Of a DNA stretch of 64,000 bases, positions 20,163 through 30,858 are shown one piece after another. The position numbers and the translations under genes are program-made. The notes under the pieces were generated by a model. The model did no database searches. It had not been told where the DNA came from and worked only from the letters and a program-made list of their open reading frames with translations. Source of the DNA: an uncultured Bacillota bacterium. GTDB taxonomy: Bacteria; Sysuimicrobiota; Sysuimicrobiia; Sysuimicrobiales; Segetimicrobiaceae. Where the stretch lies: NCBI GenBank assembly GCA_963804645.1, contig CAWDRG010000002.1, positions 158,095-222,094 on the forward strand, given 5' to 3'. The first letter of the stretch is position 1. The number at the start of each line of letters is the position of its first letter.

Positions 20163-21137
20163 TCACGTATGCAGCTCGAGAATGTCGCCGTCCGAGAGCA
20201 CGTGCTCGCGCTGGACCATCTGGCCCTCAAACGTCTGCGCGCCCCAGATGCGCGCGTACTTCAGCCGCTCCGCAAAGTCCTTGTGGACGGCGGCCGACGC
20301 GTCCTGCACCGTGGCACCCTGCGGCAGGACGAACGGGACCGCGCGGTCCGCGCGTCGTCCCGGCGCCTTCGTGTACACTCGGATGACGCGGAGGAGTTCG
20401 AACAGCGCGCGCGGCAGCGCGTCCACCCCCTCGCCAGTCTCGGCCGAGACCGCGAGGATCGGGAACCGTTCCCCGTAGACCTCACGCACGATCTCGAGGC
20501 GACCGGCCGCCCCCTCGGCGTCGGCCTTGGTCGCGACCAGAATCGTGGGCACGATGCCCTCCCCCGCCCCGAGCTGTCCGAGCTGCACGCGGGACCGGGC
20601 CGTGATCTCGAGCGTCGCCTCGAGCGCGGAGAGCACGTCGTCGTCGCCCAGGTCGGCGATCAGGAGCGCTCCGTTCGCCTGGCGGATCAACGCGAACAGC
20701 CAGGGTTCCTCGGTCTCCGGGGCGATCGGGGGCAGGTCGAGCAGCTGGACCTGGACGTCCTCGAACGGCACCATGCCGGGCAGCGGGGCGCGCGTGGAGA
20801 ATGGATACGCGGCGACGACCGGGCTCGCATGGGTGAGGGCCGCGAGCAGGCGCGACTTCCCGGTGTTGGGCGCCCCGACCAGCACGACCTGGCCCGCGCC
20901 CTCGCGCGGGACGTGATGCCACGTCGGCCCCTTCGCGCTCGCGGTCTTCTGGCGGGCGGCCTCCGTGCGCACCTTCGCCATGCGGCGGCGGATGTCGGCC
21001 CGCATGTGCTCGGTGCCCTTGTGCTTGGGGATCGTGGCCATCATCTCCTCGAGGGCCGCGAGCTGCTCCTCGGGGGTGGTGGCCTGCCGGTACCGGCGGT
21101 CGGCCTCGAGATACTGGGGTGTCAGGTTTGCTGGCAT
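20163..21137 (-). CDS. DRG/Obg-like GTPase with TGS domain
   Basis: MPANLTP, IPKHKGT, GAPNTGKS, YPFST, DLPP, TKAD; C-terminal TGS domain (VYTK...HVLSDGDILELH). Confidence 0.9.
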   Translation of the reverse strand: MPANLTPQYLEADRRYRQATTPEEQLAALEEMMATIPKHKGTEHMRADIRRRMAKVRTEAARQKTASAKGPTWHHVPREGAGQVVLVGAPNTGKSRLLAALTHASPVVAAYPFSTRAPLPGMVPFEDVQVQLLDLPPIAPETEEPWLFALIRQANGALLIADLGDDDVLSALEATLEITARSRVQLGQLGAGEGIVPTILVATKADAEGAAGRLEIVREVYGERFPILAVSAETGEGVDALPRALFELLRVIRVYTKAPGRRADRAVPFVLPQGATVQDASAAVHKDFAERLKYARIWGAQTFEGQMVQREHVLSDGDILELHT

Positions 21138-21282
21138 AGGGTACGCGCCTATTGTAACAGAGCCCGCCGATGCAGGAAACGGCGCGTGTTGGTCCAAGTA
21201 GGGTCGGACAGCCGGGACGGTGAGCGTGGGGGGACGCCGCCCGGCGAGCAGGCCTCACCATGCAGTGAGGGAGGGATCATCG

Positions 21283-22512
21283 ATGAAGCGATGGGCAGGA
21301 CGATGTGCAGTGGTGGCGACGGCGCTCCTCCTGATCACGGCGGGGATCCAAGGGACCGCCGCCCCGCAGGACACGAGCCACGTGATCCGGCTCGGAGCGG
21401 CGATCTCCAATACCGGCAGCCTGGCGGGGGCCGGCAAGCTTACGGTGGACGGCTACAACTTCGCCGTCGACTGGATCAACGCGCACGGCGGGGTGAAGAT
21501 CAACGGCGTAGTCTACACGATCGCCCCGATCAAGTACTACGACGACGAGAGCAAGCCCGCCGAGTCCGCCGCGCTGGTCGAGAAGCTCGTGACCCAGGAC
21601 CACATCAACCTGATCCTCGGGCCGTACTCGTCCGACAACACGATCGCGGCGGCGGCGATCAGCAGCAAGCTCGGCGCGGTCATGATGGCCGACGAGGGCG
21701 TCGCGAAGGTCATCTGGACGTCCGGCAACAAGGGCGTGATCGGCCCGATCATGTACGACTACCAGTACATGTATCCAATCATCGACGCGCTGCTCGCGAA
21801 GCAGACCGGCATCAAGACCGTGGTCGTGACGCACGCCGACGACTCGTTCAGCGTCGGCGTGGCCGAGGGCGTCGTCGCGTACATGAAGGAGAGGGGCATC
21901 CAGGTGCTCGGGGACTTCCAGTACCCGTCCGCGACGACGGACGTCTCCTCGATCATCGCCCAGGTCAAGCCGCTGAACGCGGATGTCCTGCTGAGCTCCG
22001 GCCACATCACTGACGCGATCCTGATCACCAAGCAGGCGAAGCAGAACGGCCTCAACTTCAAGGCGCTGGCCTTCACGGTGGCGCCGCCCACGCCCGACTT
22101 TGTCAAAGCGCTCGGCAAGGACGCCGAGTACGTGATCGGCCCTGCGCCGTGGGTCCCGCAGGAAAACTTCACGGACCCGTACTTCGGGAATACCGCGAAG
22201 TATGTGGCCGGGTTCAAGGAGAAGTACAAGTACGACCCGGACTACCATGTGGGGGACGCCTCGGAAGGCGTCGAGCTGCTGATCGAAGGGATCGCGAAGG
22301 CCGGCAGCACCGATCCCGCCAAGGTCGGCCCGGCCTTCCTCAACACCACCTACGCGACCATCGCCGGGTTTGTCGCCTTCGATAACAACTGGCACGAGAA
22401 CAATCAGCTCGGCTCCGCGATCCAGATCCAGAACGGCGTGCCCGTGCCGATCTGGCCGATCAAGTACCTCAACAACTTCAAGTTCCCCACGCCCAGCTGG
22501 GCGCAGCGCTGA
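21283..22512 (+). CDS. Branched-chain amino acid-type ABC substrate-binding protein
   Basis: Signal peptide, INAHGG, YDDESKP, LGPYSS; heads a liv-type operon. Confidence 0.9.
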   Translation: MKRWAGRCAVVATALLLITAGIQGTAAPQDTSHVIRLGAAISNTGSLAGAGKLTVDGYNFAVDWINAHGGVKINGVVYTIAPIKYYDDESKPAESAALVEKLVTQDHINLILGPYSSDNTIAAAAISSKLGAVMMADEGVAKVIWTSGNKGVIGPIMYDYQYMYPIIDALLAKQTGIKTVVVTHADDSFSVGVAEGVVAYMKERGIQVLGDFQYPSATTDVSSIIAQVKPLNADVLLSSGHITDAILITKQAKQNGLNFKALAFTVAPPTPDFVKALGKDAEYVIGPAPWVPQENFTDPYFGNTAKYVAGFKEKYKYDPDYHVGDASEGVELLIEGIAKAGSTDPAKVGPAFLNTTYATIAGFVAFDNNWHENNQLGSAIQIQNGVPVPIWPIKYLNNFKFPTPSWAQR

Positions 22513-22626
22513 TTCGGCGCCGAGACTTGAGCGTCCGGCTTCCGGGGCGTTCGCCGCACGACGGCGGCGGACGCCCCCGGGCCGGGCGCGTGCGCGGTGC
22601 GCGGCAGGGCCCGTAGCACACGGACG

Positions 22627-23496
22627 ATGGGGATCTGGCCTCAGATCGTCATCAACGGCCTCCTGCTCGGGGGGGTGTACGCCCTCAGCGCGCTCGCGTT
22701 CTCGCTGGAGTGGGGGATCCTCAACATCGTCAACCTGGCGCACGGGTCGTTCATCATGCTCGGCGCCTACATCACCTGGATGCTGCTGACGTCCCCGCTG
22801 CACCTCGACCCGCTGCTCAGCATTCCGATCGACTTCGCGATCCTCGCCGTCCTCGGGTTCCTGATGCAGCGGTACCTGCTCAACCGGGTGATGCGCGGCC
22901 CGTTCTTCCTGACGCTGCTCCTGACGTTCGGCATCGACTACGTCCTCGTCAACATCGGGATCCTCTTGTGGACCGCGGACCCGCAGTCCGTCAGCGTGTC
23001 GTACAGCGCGGTGAGCCTCGCGATCGGCGCGCTGACGATCCCGTACACGCGGATCGCCGTGGTCGCGGCGGCCGTCATTCTGACCGTGGCGCTCGCGCGG
23101 TTCATGCACCGCACCCGGTTGGGCCGCGCGATCAACGCCACGGGCATGGATCTGGACGCGGCCAGCCTCATGGGCGTCCGGCTCCCGATCGTGTTCGCGC
23201 TGACGATGGGCCTCGGCTGCGGCCTCGCGGGGATCGCCGGCGCACTATACAGCATCAACTTCCCCTTCGATCCCCAGATCGGCGGGAGCCTGACGCTCCG
23301 GGCGTTTGTCGTGACGTGCCTCGGCGGCCTCGGCAACGTGTACGGCCCCCTTCTCGGCGGGCTCGTCCTCGGCATGGTGGAGTCGGTCGCGTCCGTGCTC
23401 ATCGGTTCCGGGGCCGTCGACGCCGCCGCCTTCGTCATGCTCGTGCTCATCTTGGCGCTCCGCCCGCGCGGGATCGGGGGCCGCGCGACCGCGTGA
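22627..23496 (+). CDS. livH: Branched-chain amino acid ABC permease
   Basis: NGLLLGGVYAL, VNLAHG, GGLGN, RPRG. Confidence 0.88.
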   Translation: MGIWPQIVINGLLLGGVYALSALAFSLEWGILNIVNLAHGSFIMLGAYITWMLLTSPLHLDPLLSIPIDFAILAVLGFLMQRYLLNRVMRGPFFLTLLLTFGIDYVLVNIGILLWTADPQSVSVSYSAVSLAIGALTIPYTRIAVVAAAVILTVALARFMHRTRLGRAINATGMDLDAASLMGVRLPIVFALTMGLGCGLAGIAGALYSINFPFDPQIGGSLTLRAFVVTCLGGLGNVYGPLLGGLVLGMVESVASVLIGSGAVDAAAFVMLVLILALRPRGIGGRATA

Positions 23497-24512
23497 GCCT
23501 GCCCGCGAGATCGCCCGCGGACGTGCTGGCTCCGGCGGCCGGCACGGTGAGCCGGGCTCGGCGCTCGGGCGCGCTGCGCGTCGCGCTGCCGCTCGTGTTC
23601 GGGATCGCGGTCCTCGCGACCCCGCTCGCCGCCTCCGGCTATCCCCTTCGGGAAGCCACCACCATCCTGATGTACATGGCGCTCGCGCTGTCCTGGAACC
23701 TGATCGGCGGGCTGTGCGGCTACCCGTCCGTCGGGCAGGTGGCGTTTTTCGGCATCGGGGCGTACGTGACGGCCGCGATGGTGGTGCACCTACACTGGAC
23801 GTTTTTCGCGGCGCTCGGGGCTTCGGCGCTCGCCGCGTTCGCGTTCGCCGCGATCATCGGGCCGATCATCCTGCGGCTGAACGGGCACTACTTCGCGATC
23901 GCCACGCTCGGGACGGCGCAGGCGCTCGGCCAGATCGTCATCATGGTCCCGTTCGTCGGCGGCCCGAACGGCATCATTCTCCAGTTGCCGTTCACGGACG
24001 TCCATATTTACTATCTGATGGCCGGCGCGGTGGGGCTGGGGCTCCTCATCACCTACGTGATCCTCCGGGGCTCATGGGGCTATGCCTGCCGGATGATCAG
24101 GCAGGACGAGCACGCCGCGGCGGCGTGCGGCGTCAACGCCACGTTCTACAAGACCGCCTGCTGGGGGCTGTCCGCCGTCGTGGCCGCCGTCGTCGGCAGC
24201 GTGTACGCGGTGTGGATCACCTTCCTCAATCCCCCGTCCGTGTTCGACCCGCTGTTCAGCCTCACGATGGTGGTGCTCACGATGGTCGGCGGTGCGGGGT
24301 CCCTGTGGGGACCGGTCATCGGCGCGTTTCTCGTCGAGATCGTCGATCAGTATCTGTGGGCGAATCTCCTGACCGCGCACACCATGTTTCTCGGCCTCGT
24401 CATCGTCGTGATTGTCTTGTTCCTGCCGCGCGGCATCTGGCCGTACCTGACGGGACAGCAGGGGCTGTCATGGCGCTCGCTGTTCGCGGGCACCCGGCAG
24501 TACCGCATATGA
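23493..24512 (+). CDS. livM: Branched-chain amino acid ABC permease
   Basis: [37 protein letters not shown]. Confidence 0.88.
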   Translation: MSLPARSPADVLAPAAGTVSRARRSGALRVALPLVFGIAVLATPLAASGYPLREATTILMYMALALSWNLIGGLCGYPSVGQVAFFGIGAYVTAAMVVHLHWTFFAALGASALAAFAFAAIIGPIILRLNGHYFAIATLGTAQALGQIVIMVPFVGGPNGIILQLPFTDVHIYYLMAGAVGLGLLITYVILRGSWGYACRMIRQDEHAAAACGVNATFYKTACWGLSAVVAAVVGSVYAVWITFLNPPSVFDPLFSLTMVVLTMVGGAGSLWGPVIGAFLVEIVDQYLWANLLTAHTMFLGLVIVVIVLFLPRGIWPYLTGQQGLSWRSLFAGTRQYRI

Positions 24513-25312
24513 GCGCGGCGCTGCGGCTCGAGAGCGTGTCCAAGTCCTTCGGCGGCCTGCGGGCCGTCCACGAGGTGTCGCTGGAACTCAATGACGGCGA
24601 GATCCTCGGGCTGATCGGCCCGAACGGCGCGGGGAAGACCACGCTGATGAACCTGATCGCCGGTGCGTACCGGCCAACGGCCGGACGCATCTTCTTGGGC
24701 GACCGCGAAGTCACCGGCCGGCCGCCGTTCGTGATCGTGCACATGGGGATCGCCCGGACGTTTCAGATCGTGCGCGTCTTCAAGGAAATGACCGTACGCG
24801 AGAACGTGCTCGTGGGCGCGCTGTTCGGCGGGCGCACCGACCGCGGCGCCGCCTCGGAGCGGGCCGACGAGGTGCTGGAGTTCGTCGGGCTGCGCGGACT
24901 CGCGCACCGGACGACCGGCGACATCGGTCTGGCGGAGCAGAAGCGCGTCCAGCTCGCGCGCGCGCTCGCAATCCGGCCGTCCGTGCTGCTGCTGGACGAG
25001 GCGATGGCGGGCCTGAATCCCGGCGAGATCGAGGCGGCGCTCGAGCTCGTGCGCGCCGTGCACCGTAGCGGAGTCTCCCTCATCGTCATCGAGCACCTGA
25101 TGAAGGTCGTGATGGGCCTCTCGCACCGGATCGTCGTCATGCACCACGGACGGCTCCTCGCGCAGGGCAGCCCGGCGGACGTGGTGAACGACCGGCAGGT
25201 CGTCGCCGCGTACTTTGGGGAGCACTACTCGCGCCGCCGGGAGGCGGGGGTCTCGCGGGCGGCGCGGGCGCCCGAACCGTCCGCCGGGAGGGACGGCGAT
25301 CGCCCTTCTTGA
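24509..25312 (+). CDS. livG: Branched-chain amino acid ABC ATP-binding protein
   Basis: [32 protein letters not shown]. Confidence 0.9.
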   Translation: MSAALRLESVSKSFGGLRAVHEVSLELNDGEILGLIGPNGAGKTTLMNLIAGAYRPTAGRIFLGDREVTGRPPFVIVHMGIARTFQIVRVFKEMTVRENVLVGALFGGRTDRGAASERADEVLEFVGLRGLAHRTTGDIGLAEQKRVQLARALAIRPSVLLLDEAMAGLNPGEIEAALELVRAVHRSGVSLIVIEHLMKVVMGLSHRIVVMHHGRLLAQGSPADVVNDRQVVAAYFGEHYSRRREAGVSRAARAPEPSAGRDGDRPS

Positions 25313-26006
25313 GATCCGGGACCTCACGGCCGGCTACGGGGCGATCCAGGTCCTGTGGGACGTGACCATGGATGTCGACCGCGGCGAAATCGTGACGCTG
25401 CTCGGCAACAACGGGGCCGGCAAGACCACGACGATGCTCGCGCTCACCGGCTTGGTGCCACGCTGGGGCGGTACGATCTCGCTTGCCGGCCAAGCCATTG
25501 GAGGACTCCAGCCCCCGGACGTCACCGGACGCGGGCTGACGCTCGTCCCGCAGGGACGGCGGCTGTTCGGTTCGATGACCGTGGAAGAGAATCTGCTGAT
25601 GGGTGCGTACCTCCGGCGCGACGACGGCATCCCGGCGACGCTCGCGCACATCTACGAGATCCTGCCCCGGCTGCAGGAGCGGCGGCGGCAGCTGGCCGGC
25701 ACCCTCTCCGGGGGCGAGCAGCAGATGTGCGCGATCGGACGGGCGTTGATGTCCCAGCCGAAAGTGCTCTGCATCGACGAGCTGTCGTTTGGGCTCTCTC
25801 CGCTCGTCACTGCGGCGATGCTGGATGTGCTGGTGCAGATCCGCGGCGAGGGCGTGAGCGTGCTGCTGGTCGAACAGGACGTCGAGAACGCCCTTGCCGT
25901 CGCGGACCGGGCGTACGTGATGGACGGCGGCCGCATCGCGCTGTCCGGGACGGCGGAGGCCGTCTACGACGACCCGGGCGTGCGCGCCGCCTACATGGGG
26001 CTGTAG
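25299..26006 (+). CDS. livF: Branched-chain amino acid ABC ATP-binding protein (probable ATC start)
   Basis: [32 protein letters not shown] just upstream of ATC at 25299. Confidence 0.88.
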   Translation: MALLEIRDLTAGYGAIQVLWDVTMDVDRGEIVTLLGNNGAGKTTTMLALTGLVPRWGGTISLAGQAIGGLQPPDVTGRGLTLVPQGRRLFGSMTVEENLLMGAYLRRDDGIPATLAHIYEILPRLQERRRQLAGTLSGGEQQMCAIGRALMSQPKVLCIDELSFGLSPLVTAAMLDVLVQIRGEGVSVLLVEQDVENALAVADRAYVMDGGRIALSGTAEAVYDDPGVRAAYMGL

Positions 26007-26040
26007 GCACGGCCGACCGTCTCGTCAAGAAGGGATCCGC

Positions 26041-26799
26041 ATGAACGACGACACCCGTCGCCTCAATCGGGCGCGCTTCACCGACACCGCGTCGGACTAC
26101 GCGGCCAGCCGCGCGGCCGCGCGCGCCGCGCAGGTGCAGGCCCTCTGGGATCTCGCGTCTCCGCTGCCGGACGACCGGGTCCTGGATGTCGCGTGCGGGC
26201 CCGGGGCGCTGCTCGCCACGCTCGCGCCCCGCGTGCGGCACGCGGCAGGCTTGGATCTCACCCCCGCGATGCTCGCGCTCGCGCGGAGCGCCGCGCCCGG
26301 CGCGTGGCTCGTGTGCGGGGCCGCCGAGCGGCTGCCGTTCGACGATGACGCGTTCTCGCTGGTCGTGTGCACCTGGGCGTTTCATCATTTCGCCGCCCCG
26401 CCGCGGGTCCTGTCGGAGATGGCGCGCGTCTGCGTACCGGGCGGCCGGGTGGCGGTTGGGGATCTGATCGGGTCCGAGGATGACGCCGTGCGGGCACGCC
26501 AAAATGAGATTGAGCGGCTTCGGGACCCCGCGCACGTGGCGCTCAACAGCGCCAGCGGCCTGGCCGGCCTGCTGGGGAGCGTCGGGATCTCCGTGAGCGC
26601 CAAGACCGACGGGGACGAGTTGCGGGACCTCGACGAATGGTGCCGCATGTCCAGGACACCGCCGGATGTGACGGCCCGCGTCCGCGCGATGCTCACGGAC
26701 ACGATCCCCGGGGACCTCGCGGGCATGACCCCGACCCTCGCCGGCGGGCGGCTCCGGTTCGTGCACCGCTGGGTGATGCTGATCGGCCGCAAGGTCTGA
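26041..26799 (+). CDS. Class I SAM-dependent methyltransferase
   Basis: VLDVACGPG, AERLPFDD, RDPAH. Confidence 0.88.
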   Translation: MNDDTRRLNRARFTDTASDYAASRAAARAAQVQALWDLASPLPDDRVLDVACGPGALLATLAPRVRHAAGLDLTPAMLALARSAAPGAWLVCGAAERLPFDDDAFSLVVCTWAFHHFAAPPRVLSEMARVCVPGGRVAVGDLIGSEDDAVRARQNEIERLRDPAHVALNSASGLAGLLGSVGISVSAKTDGDELRDLDEWCRMSRTPPDVTARVRAMLTDTIPGDLAGMTPTLAGGRLRFVHRWVMLIGRKV

Positions 26800-26883
26800 C
26801 GGTCCCGCCCCGCGACCAGCGCCCTCGCGAGGGACCGGGACCGATTCGACCGACTCGCCAGCTCTCCGCCGCGCCCCGCCGCG

Positions 26884-28755
26884 TTATCGGTGGGCGCCGT
26901 CTCCGTCGCGCTGCGGCGTGCCGCGGGAGCGCAATCCCACGTCTCCCCCCTCCGCCTCGTCGTCGGCCCAGACGACCACCGCCTCGGGCGGGATCGTGAG
27001 CCGCAGCCGGGCGCCCGCCGCCACAGCCGCCGTGGTCCGCAGCCTCAGGTCGATCCCCGCGTTCAGCGACACGAGCGCTTCCCGGATGCCGCCGAGTTCG
27101 ACGACGTCCTGCACGACGGCCGGTACGGTCCCGTCGGCGGTGATCTGGACGTCCTCCGGGCGGACGCACCAGGTCACCCGCTGTCCCGGGCGGAGCGCGC
27201 CGCGCGACACCGCGAGCACGACCGAGGACGTCTCGATGAGGCCGGGCGCGAGCGCGCGCCCCGCGTGCACGTTCGGGATGCCGAGGAGCCGTGCGATCTC
27301 GGGCGAGGCGGGGTGGCCGAACACCGTGGCGACCGGCCCGGCCTGCAGAAACCTCCCGTTCGCGATGACCAGGATCTCGTCCGCCAGAAACGCCGCATCC
27401 GACGGATCGTGGGTGACCAGCAGCGACGCCAGGCCCGTATCGCGCTGCAGCGCGCGGACATCCCGGAGCACCGCGTGACGGGTCGGGGCGTCCAGCGAGG
27501 AGAACGGCTCGTCGAGCAGGACCCACCGCGGGTTCACGGCCAGCGCCCGCCCGAGCGCGACCCGCTGCCGCTGCCCGGTGGAAAGACGCGACGGCAGGCG
27601 GTGCTCGAGCCCCTCGAGCCCCAGACGATCGAGCCAGTACCGCGCGACCCCGGGGTCGGTGCCGACGCCGAACGTGAGATGCTGCCACACGGTGAGGTGG
27701 GGAAACAACCCATGCTCCTGCGGTGCGTATCCGAGGTGCCGCGCCTCCGCGGGCACGGCGTCGAGCGCCTTCCCGTCAAACTGGATCGTGCCGCCGTCCG
27801 GGCGGTCGAGCCCGGCCAGCAGCCTGAGCGTGACGGTCTTCCCCGACCCGGAGGGACCGACGATCGCGATGCGCCGCACGGCGGCCGTGTACGCCACGTC
27901 CAGGGAAAAACTTCCGAGGCGCTTGCGGAGCTCAAACCGGAGCGGCGGCGCGGCGGGCGCGGCAGGGTGCGCCGCGGGCCTGCGCGACGCCGGCAGCGGA
28001 TGCGCCTGGAGCCGGGGCCGGGGGCGCCACTGGTTCAGCAGCAGAAAGAGGAGCGCGACGAGAACCGCCAGCAGCACCGGCGCGAGGGTGGTCGCGAGGC
28101 CGGTGCTGCCAAACTGCACGTACGTGAACACGGGCAGCGAGTACGGGTGGTAGGCGACCATCGCGGTCGCGCCGAACTCGCCGAACGCACGGACCCACGC
28201 GAGCAGGAGGCCCGAGCGAATGCCGGGCCACGCGACCGGCAGGCTGATCCGCCAGAAGCGCGCCCACCGGCCGTGTCCGAGCGTGGCGGCGACGCCCTCA
28301 AGCGCACGGTCCACGCCGGCGAAGGACGAGCGCCCGGCGACCACCAAAAACGGCGACGCGACGAACGTCTGGGCCAGGACGATGCCGGCCAGCGAGTCGG
28401 TCAGATGCCCGCCCGCCAGCCGCCCGATCAGCGTGTAGGGGCCGACGAGAAATAGAAGCAGAATGCCCGCGGCGAGCGGCGGCATCGCGAGCGGCAGTTG
28501 GACGACCGCGCCGAGGAGCCCGATCGCACGGCCCTGGCCGTGCGCGAGCACGTACGCGAGCGGGATCCCCGCGATCGCGATGAGCGCACACGAGATCGTG
28601 GCCGCGCCCGCCGACACCTCCAGCGCGCCGAACAGCCCGGGCGATTGGAGGCCCCCCACCCCGGAGATCCCGAGCTGCACGACGAGCGCGCACAGCGGCG
28701 CCACCAAGTACAGCGCCAGCAGGCCGCCGAGCCACGGCAGCGGGCTCCGGCTCAT
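26884..28755 (-). CDS. Fused molybdate/tungstate ABC permease + ATPase + TOBE-like tail (ModB-ModC fusion)
   Basis: LPLAMPP, RAFGEFGAT permease followed in frame by GPSGSGKT, LDEPF, VTHD. Confidence 0.88.
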   Translation of the reverse strand: MSRSPLPWLGGLLALYLVAPLCALVVQLGISGVGGLQSPGLFGALEVSAGAATISCALIAIAGIPLAYVLAHGQGRAIGLLGAVVQLPLAMPPLAAGILLLFLVGPYTLIGRLAGGHLTDSLAGIVLAQTFVASPFLVVAGRSSFAGVDRALEGVAATLGHGRWARFWRISLPVAWPGIRSGLLLAWVRAFGEFGATAMVAYHPYSLPVFTYVQFGSTGLATTLAPVLLAVLVALLFLLLNQWRPRPRLQAHPLPASRRPAAHPAAPAAPPLRFELRKRLGSFSLDVAYTAAVRRIAIVGPSGSGKTVTLRLLAGLDRPDGGTIQFDGKALDAVPAEARHLGYAPQEHGLFPHLTVWQHLTFGVGTDPGVARYWLDRLGLEGLEHRLPSRLSTGQRQRVALGRALAVNPRWVLLDEPFSSLDAPTRHAVLRDVRALQRDTGLASLLVTHDPSDAAFLADEILVIANGRFLQAGPVATVFGHPASPEIARLLGIPNVHAGRALAPGLIETSSVVLAVSRGALRPGQRVTWCVRPEDVQITADGTVPAVVQDVVELGGIREALVSLNAGIDLRLRTTAAVAAGARLRLTIPPEAVVVWADDEAEGGDVGLRSRGTPQRDGDGAHR

Positions 28756-28756
28756 G

Positions 28757-29647
28757 CTACTGAACGAGCTTCCGGAGCGCCGCGGGGATCGCGGAGGAAT
28801 CGCCCGCGAGCTTCGGGATGAGCACCGTCAGCCCGCTCTGCGCCAGGAGGCGCTTCCCCTGCGGGCCGAGCAGAAACTGGACGAACGCGGCCGCGCCGTC
28901 CGGATTCGGCGCGTTCTGCAGCACGGTCACCGTAAACTCGGCGTTGAGATCGATCGCCGCGGGCGGTACGATCACCGGGATGTGAGTCTGGACCGCTTCC
29001 ATCGAATAGAAGAATCCGGCATCGAGCTGTCCCGCTTCCAGGCGTCCGACCAGGGTCTCCTCGGGGAACACCTGTGCCGGGTTGTCGTCCGGCCCGAGGA
29101 CCCGCATCGCCAGGTCCGGCTGATGATAGTAGGCCGCCGCCTTCTGCATGAACTGGATCGTGAGCGCCCCCTTCGGGTCGAGCTTCGGGTCGGTCCGGCC
29201 GAGCCGGAAGCCCGGTCGGGTCATGACCCCGTACCACGCGCTGGACTTGAGGTCGGCCGCGAACGCACTCTGTGGATTATAGCCGATCACAAGCGGCGCC
29301 GTGGCGAAGCTCGTGTACCAGCGGACCCAGTCGCCGTTCGCCTGCCCCATGAGGGTGTCGTTCACGGATGGGACCGCGCTGATGAAGACGTCGCCCTGCC
29401 TGAGCTTCCCTTTGATCTGATTCGCGACGGCACCCGACCCCGCGCCGTACCCCTGGTACTGATAGCCGCTCGCGGATGAGAACGCCGGTCCCATCGCGTG
29501 CTCCATGATATTCACCAGCGACCCGGCGTAGAGGACCGAGACCGGCCCCCCCGTGGCGCCCGCGGGCGCCTCGGCGATCCCGTCCCCGGCCGCCAGCCCC
29601 AGCACCAGCACGAGCGCCCACACCCGAATGACCCGAGACCACTGCAT
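28757..29647 (-). CDS. Molybdate/tungstate-binding protein (ModA/WtpA-like)
   Basis: Signal peptide, YAGSL, GSGAVA, DVFISA, GRTDPKLDPKG. Confidence 0.85.
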   Translation of the reverse strand: MQWSRVIRVWALVLVLGLAAGDGIAEAPAGATGGPVSVLYAGSLVNIMEHAMGPAFSSASGYQYQGYGAGSGAVANQIKGKLRQGDVFISAVPSVNDTLMGQANGDWVRWYTSFATAPLVIGYNPQSAFAADLKSSAWYGVMTRPGFRLGRTDPKLDPKGALTIQFMQKAAAYYHQPDLAMRVLGPDDNPAQVFPEETLVGRLEAGQLDAGFFYSMEAVQTHIPVIVPPAAIDLNAEFTVTVLQNAPNPDGAAAFVQFLLGPQGKRLLAQSGLTVLIPKLAGDSSAIPAALRKLVQ

Positions 29648-29685
29648 CGCTGCTCCCTCCGTCTGCGAGGTGCCGCGCACGCCGC

Positions 29686-30819
29686 TCAGGACAGGAGCGG
29701 CTGCGGCGCACCGACCTCGCTGGTGTCGTACCCGCCCGCCGCCTCGAGATCACGCCGGACGGCCTGGCGCTGCACCGTGTCCAAGAAGGCCTCGATCGGC
29801 GGGTATCCGACGAGCGCCCGCGGGATCACGAGGTCGTAGTGCTCGCGCTGCAGCGGCACGAACGCGAGGTCGTGCGCCCGTGCGGCCGCCCCGATCCCGA
29901 TGCCCGCGTCGACGAACCCGAGCGCCACCGCCTGCGCCACGTCCAGGTGGGTGGAGGCCTCGCGCTCGTAGCCGCGCACGTCCGCCGGGGACACGCCGCA
30001 GCGGGCGAGCTCCGCGTCAAGGAGCGCGCGGGCCCCGCTGCCCCGCTCCCGGTTCACGATGCGCACGCCGCGCCGTGCGAGGTCCGCGACCTCGTGGATG
30101 CCCCGCGGATTGCGCGGTGCCACGATGAGACCCTGCTCCCACGTGACGAACCGAACGGCGACCGCGTCGCTGCCCCGCAGCGCGCGGCGGACTCCCGCCA
30201 TGCCCTCCGGCCCCATCCGGTCGCCGCGCAGGTGCATCCCGGCTATGTGCGCCGCACCGCTGCGCAGCCATCGGAGTGCCTGCAGGCTCCCGGCCGGAAG
30301 CCACCGCAACCCGAACGCGGGATACGCGCGCCGCAGGTGCCCGGCCACGACGGGGATGGTCGGGTCGCACCCCGCGATGACCAGCGTCTGACCGGCGCGG
30401 TCGTTCGGCGCCGTCAGCGTGACCCGGACGGCCGAGCCGCGCCGGCCGGCGACGATCCCGTCCGCTTCGGGCAGGCCCGCCGTGGCCCCGAGCGGCCCCA
30501 CGAGCGGCACCGCGATCGACCGGCTGCCGATCGTCGAGAGCTGCACGCGTGTCCCGTCGGCGACCTCCCCGGCCTCGCCGGCGAGGGTCGCGGTCACCTC
30601 CACATCCGGCTCCGGGACCTGAAACAGGTCCTCCACGCGGCACGAAAGGACGGCCGCCAGCCGCAGCGCTAGAACCGTGGCGGGCGCCGTCCGTCCGGCC
30701 TCGATCGCGTTCACGGTTTGCCGTGAGGCCGCGATCCGCAGCGCGAGCGTCTGCTGTGACCATCCCCGCCGTTCCCGCCACTCCCGCACGCGATTCGTGA
30801 GCGGACACCGTTGCCTCAC
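29686..30819 (-). CDS. XRE-HTH + PBP-domain regulator (molybdate metabolism type)
   Basis: N-terminal HTH (SQQTLA..SRQTVNAIEAG); C-terminal GSLQAL, NRERGSGAR, EHYDLV. Confidence 0.88.
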   Translation of the reverse strand: MRQRCPLTNRVREWRERRGWSQQTLALRIAASRQTVNAIEAGRTAPATVLALRLAAVLSCRVEDLFQVPEPDVEVTATLAGEAGEVADGTRVQLSTIGSRSIAVPLVGPLGATAGLPEADGIVAGRRGSAVRVTLTAPNDRAGQTLVIAGCDPTIPVVAGHLRRAYPAFGLRWLPAGSLQALRWLRSGAAHIAGMHLRGDRMGPEGMAGVRRALRGSDAVAVRFVTWEQGLIVAPRNPRGIHEVADLARRGVRIVNRERGSGARALLDAELARCGVSPADVRGYEREASTHLDVAQAVALGFVDAGIGIGAAARAHDLAFVPLQREHYDLVIPRALVGYPPIEAFLDTVQRQAVRRDLEAAGGYDTSEVGAPQPLLS

Positions 30820-30858
30820 CGGCAGAACCCCCAGGGCGAGCGTACGTGATACGTGCTG

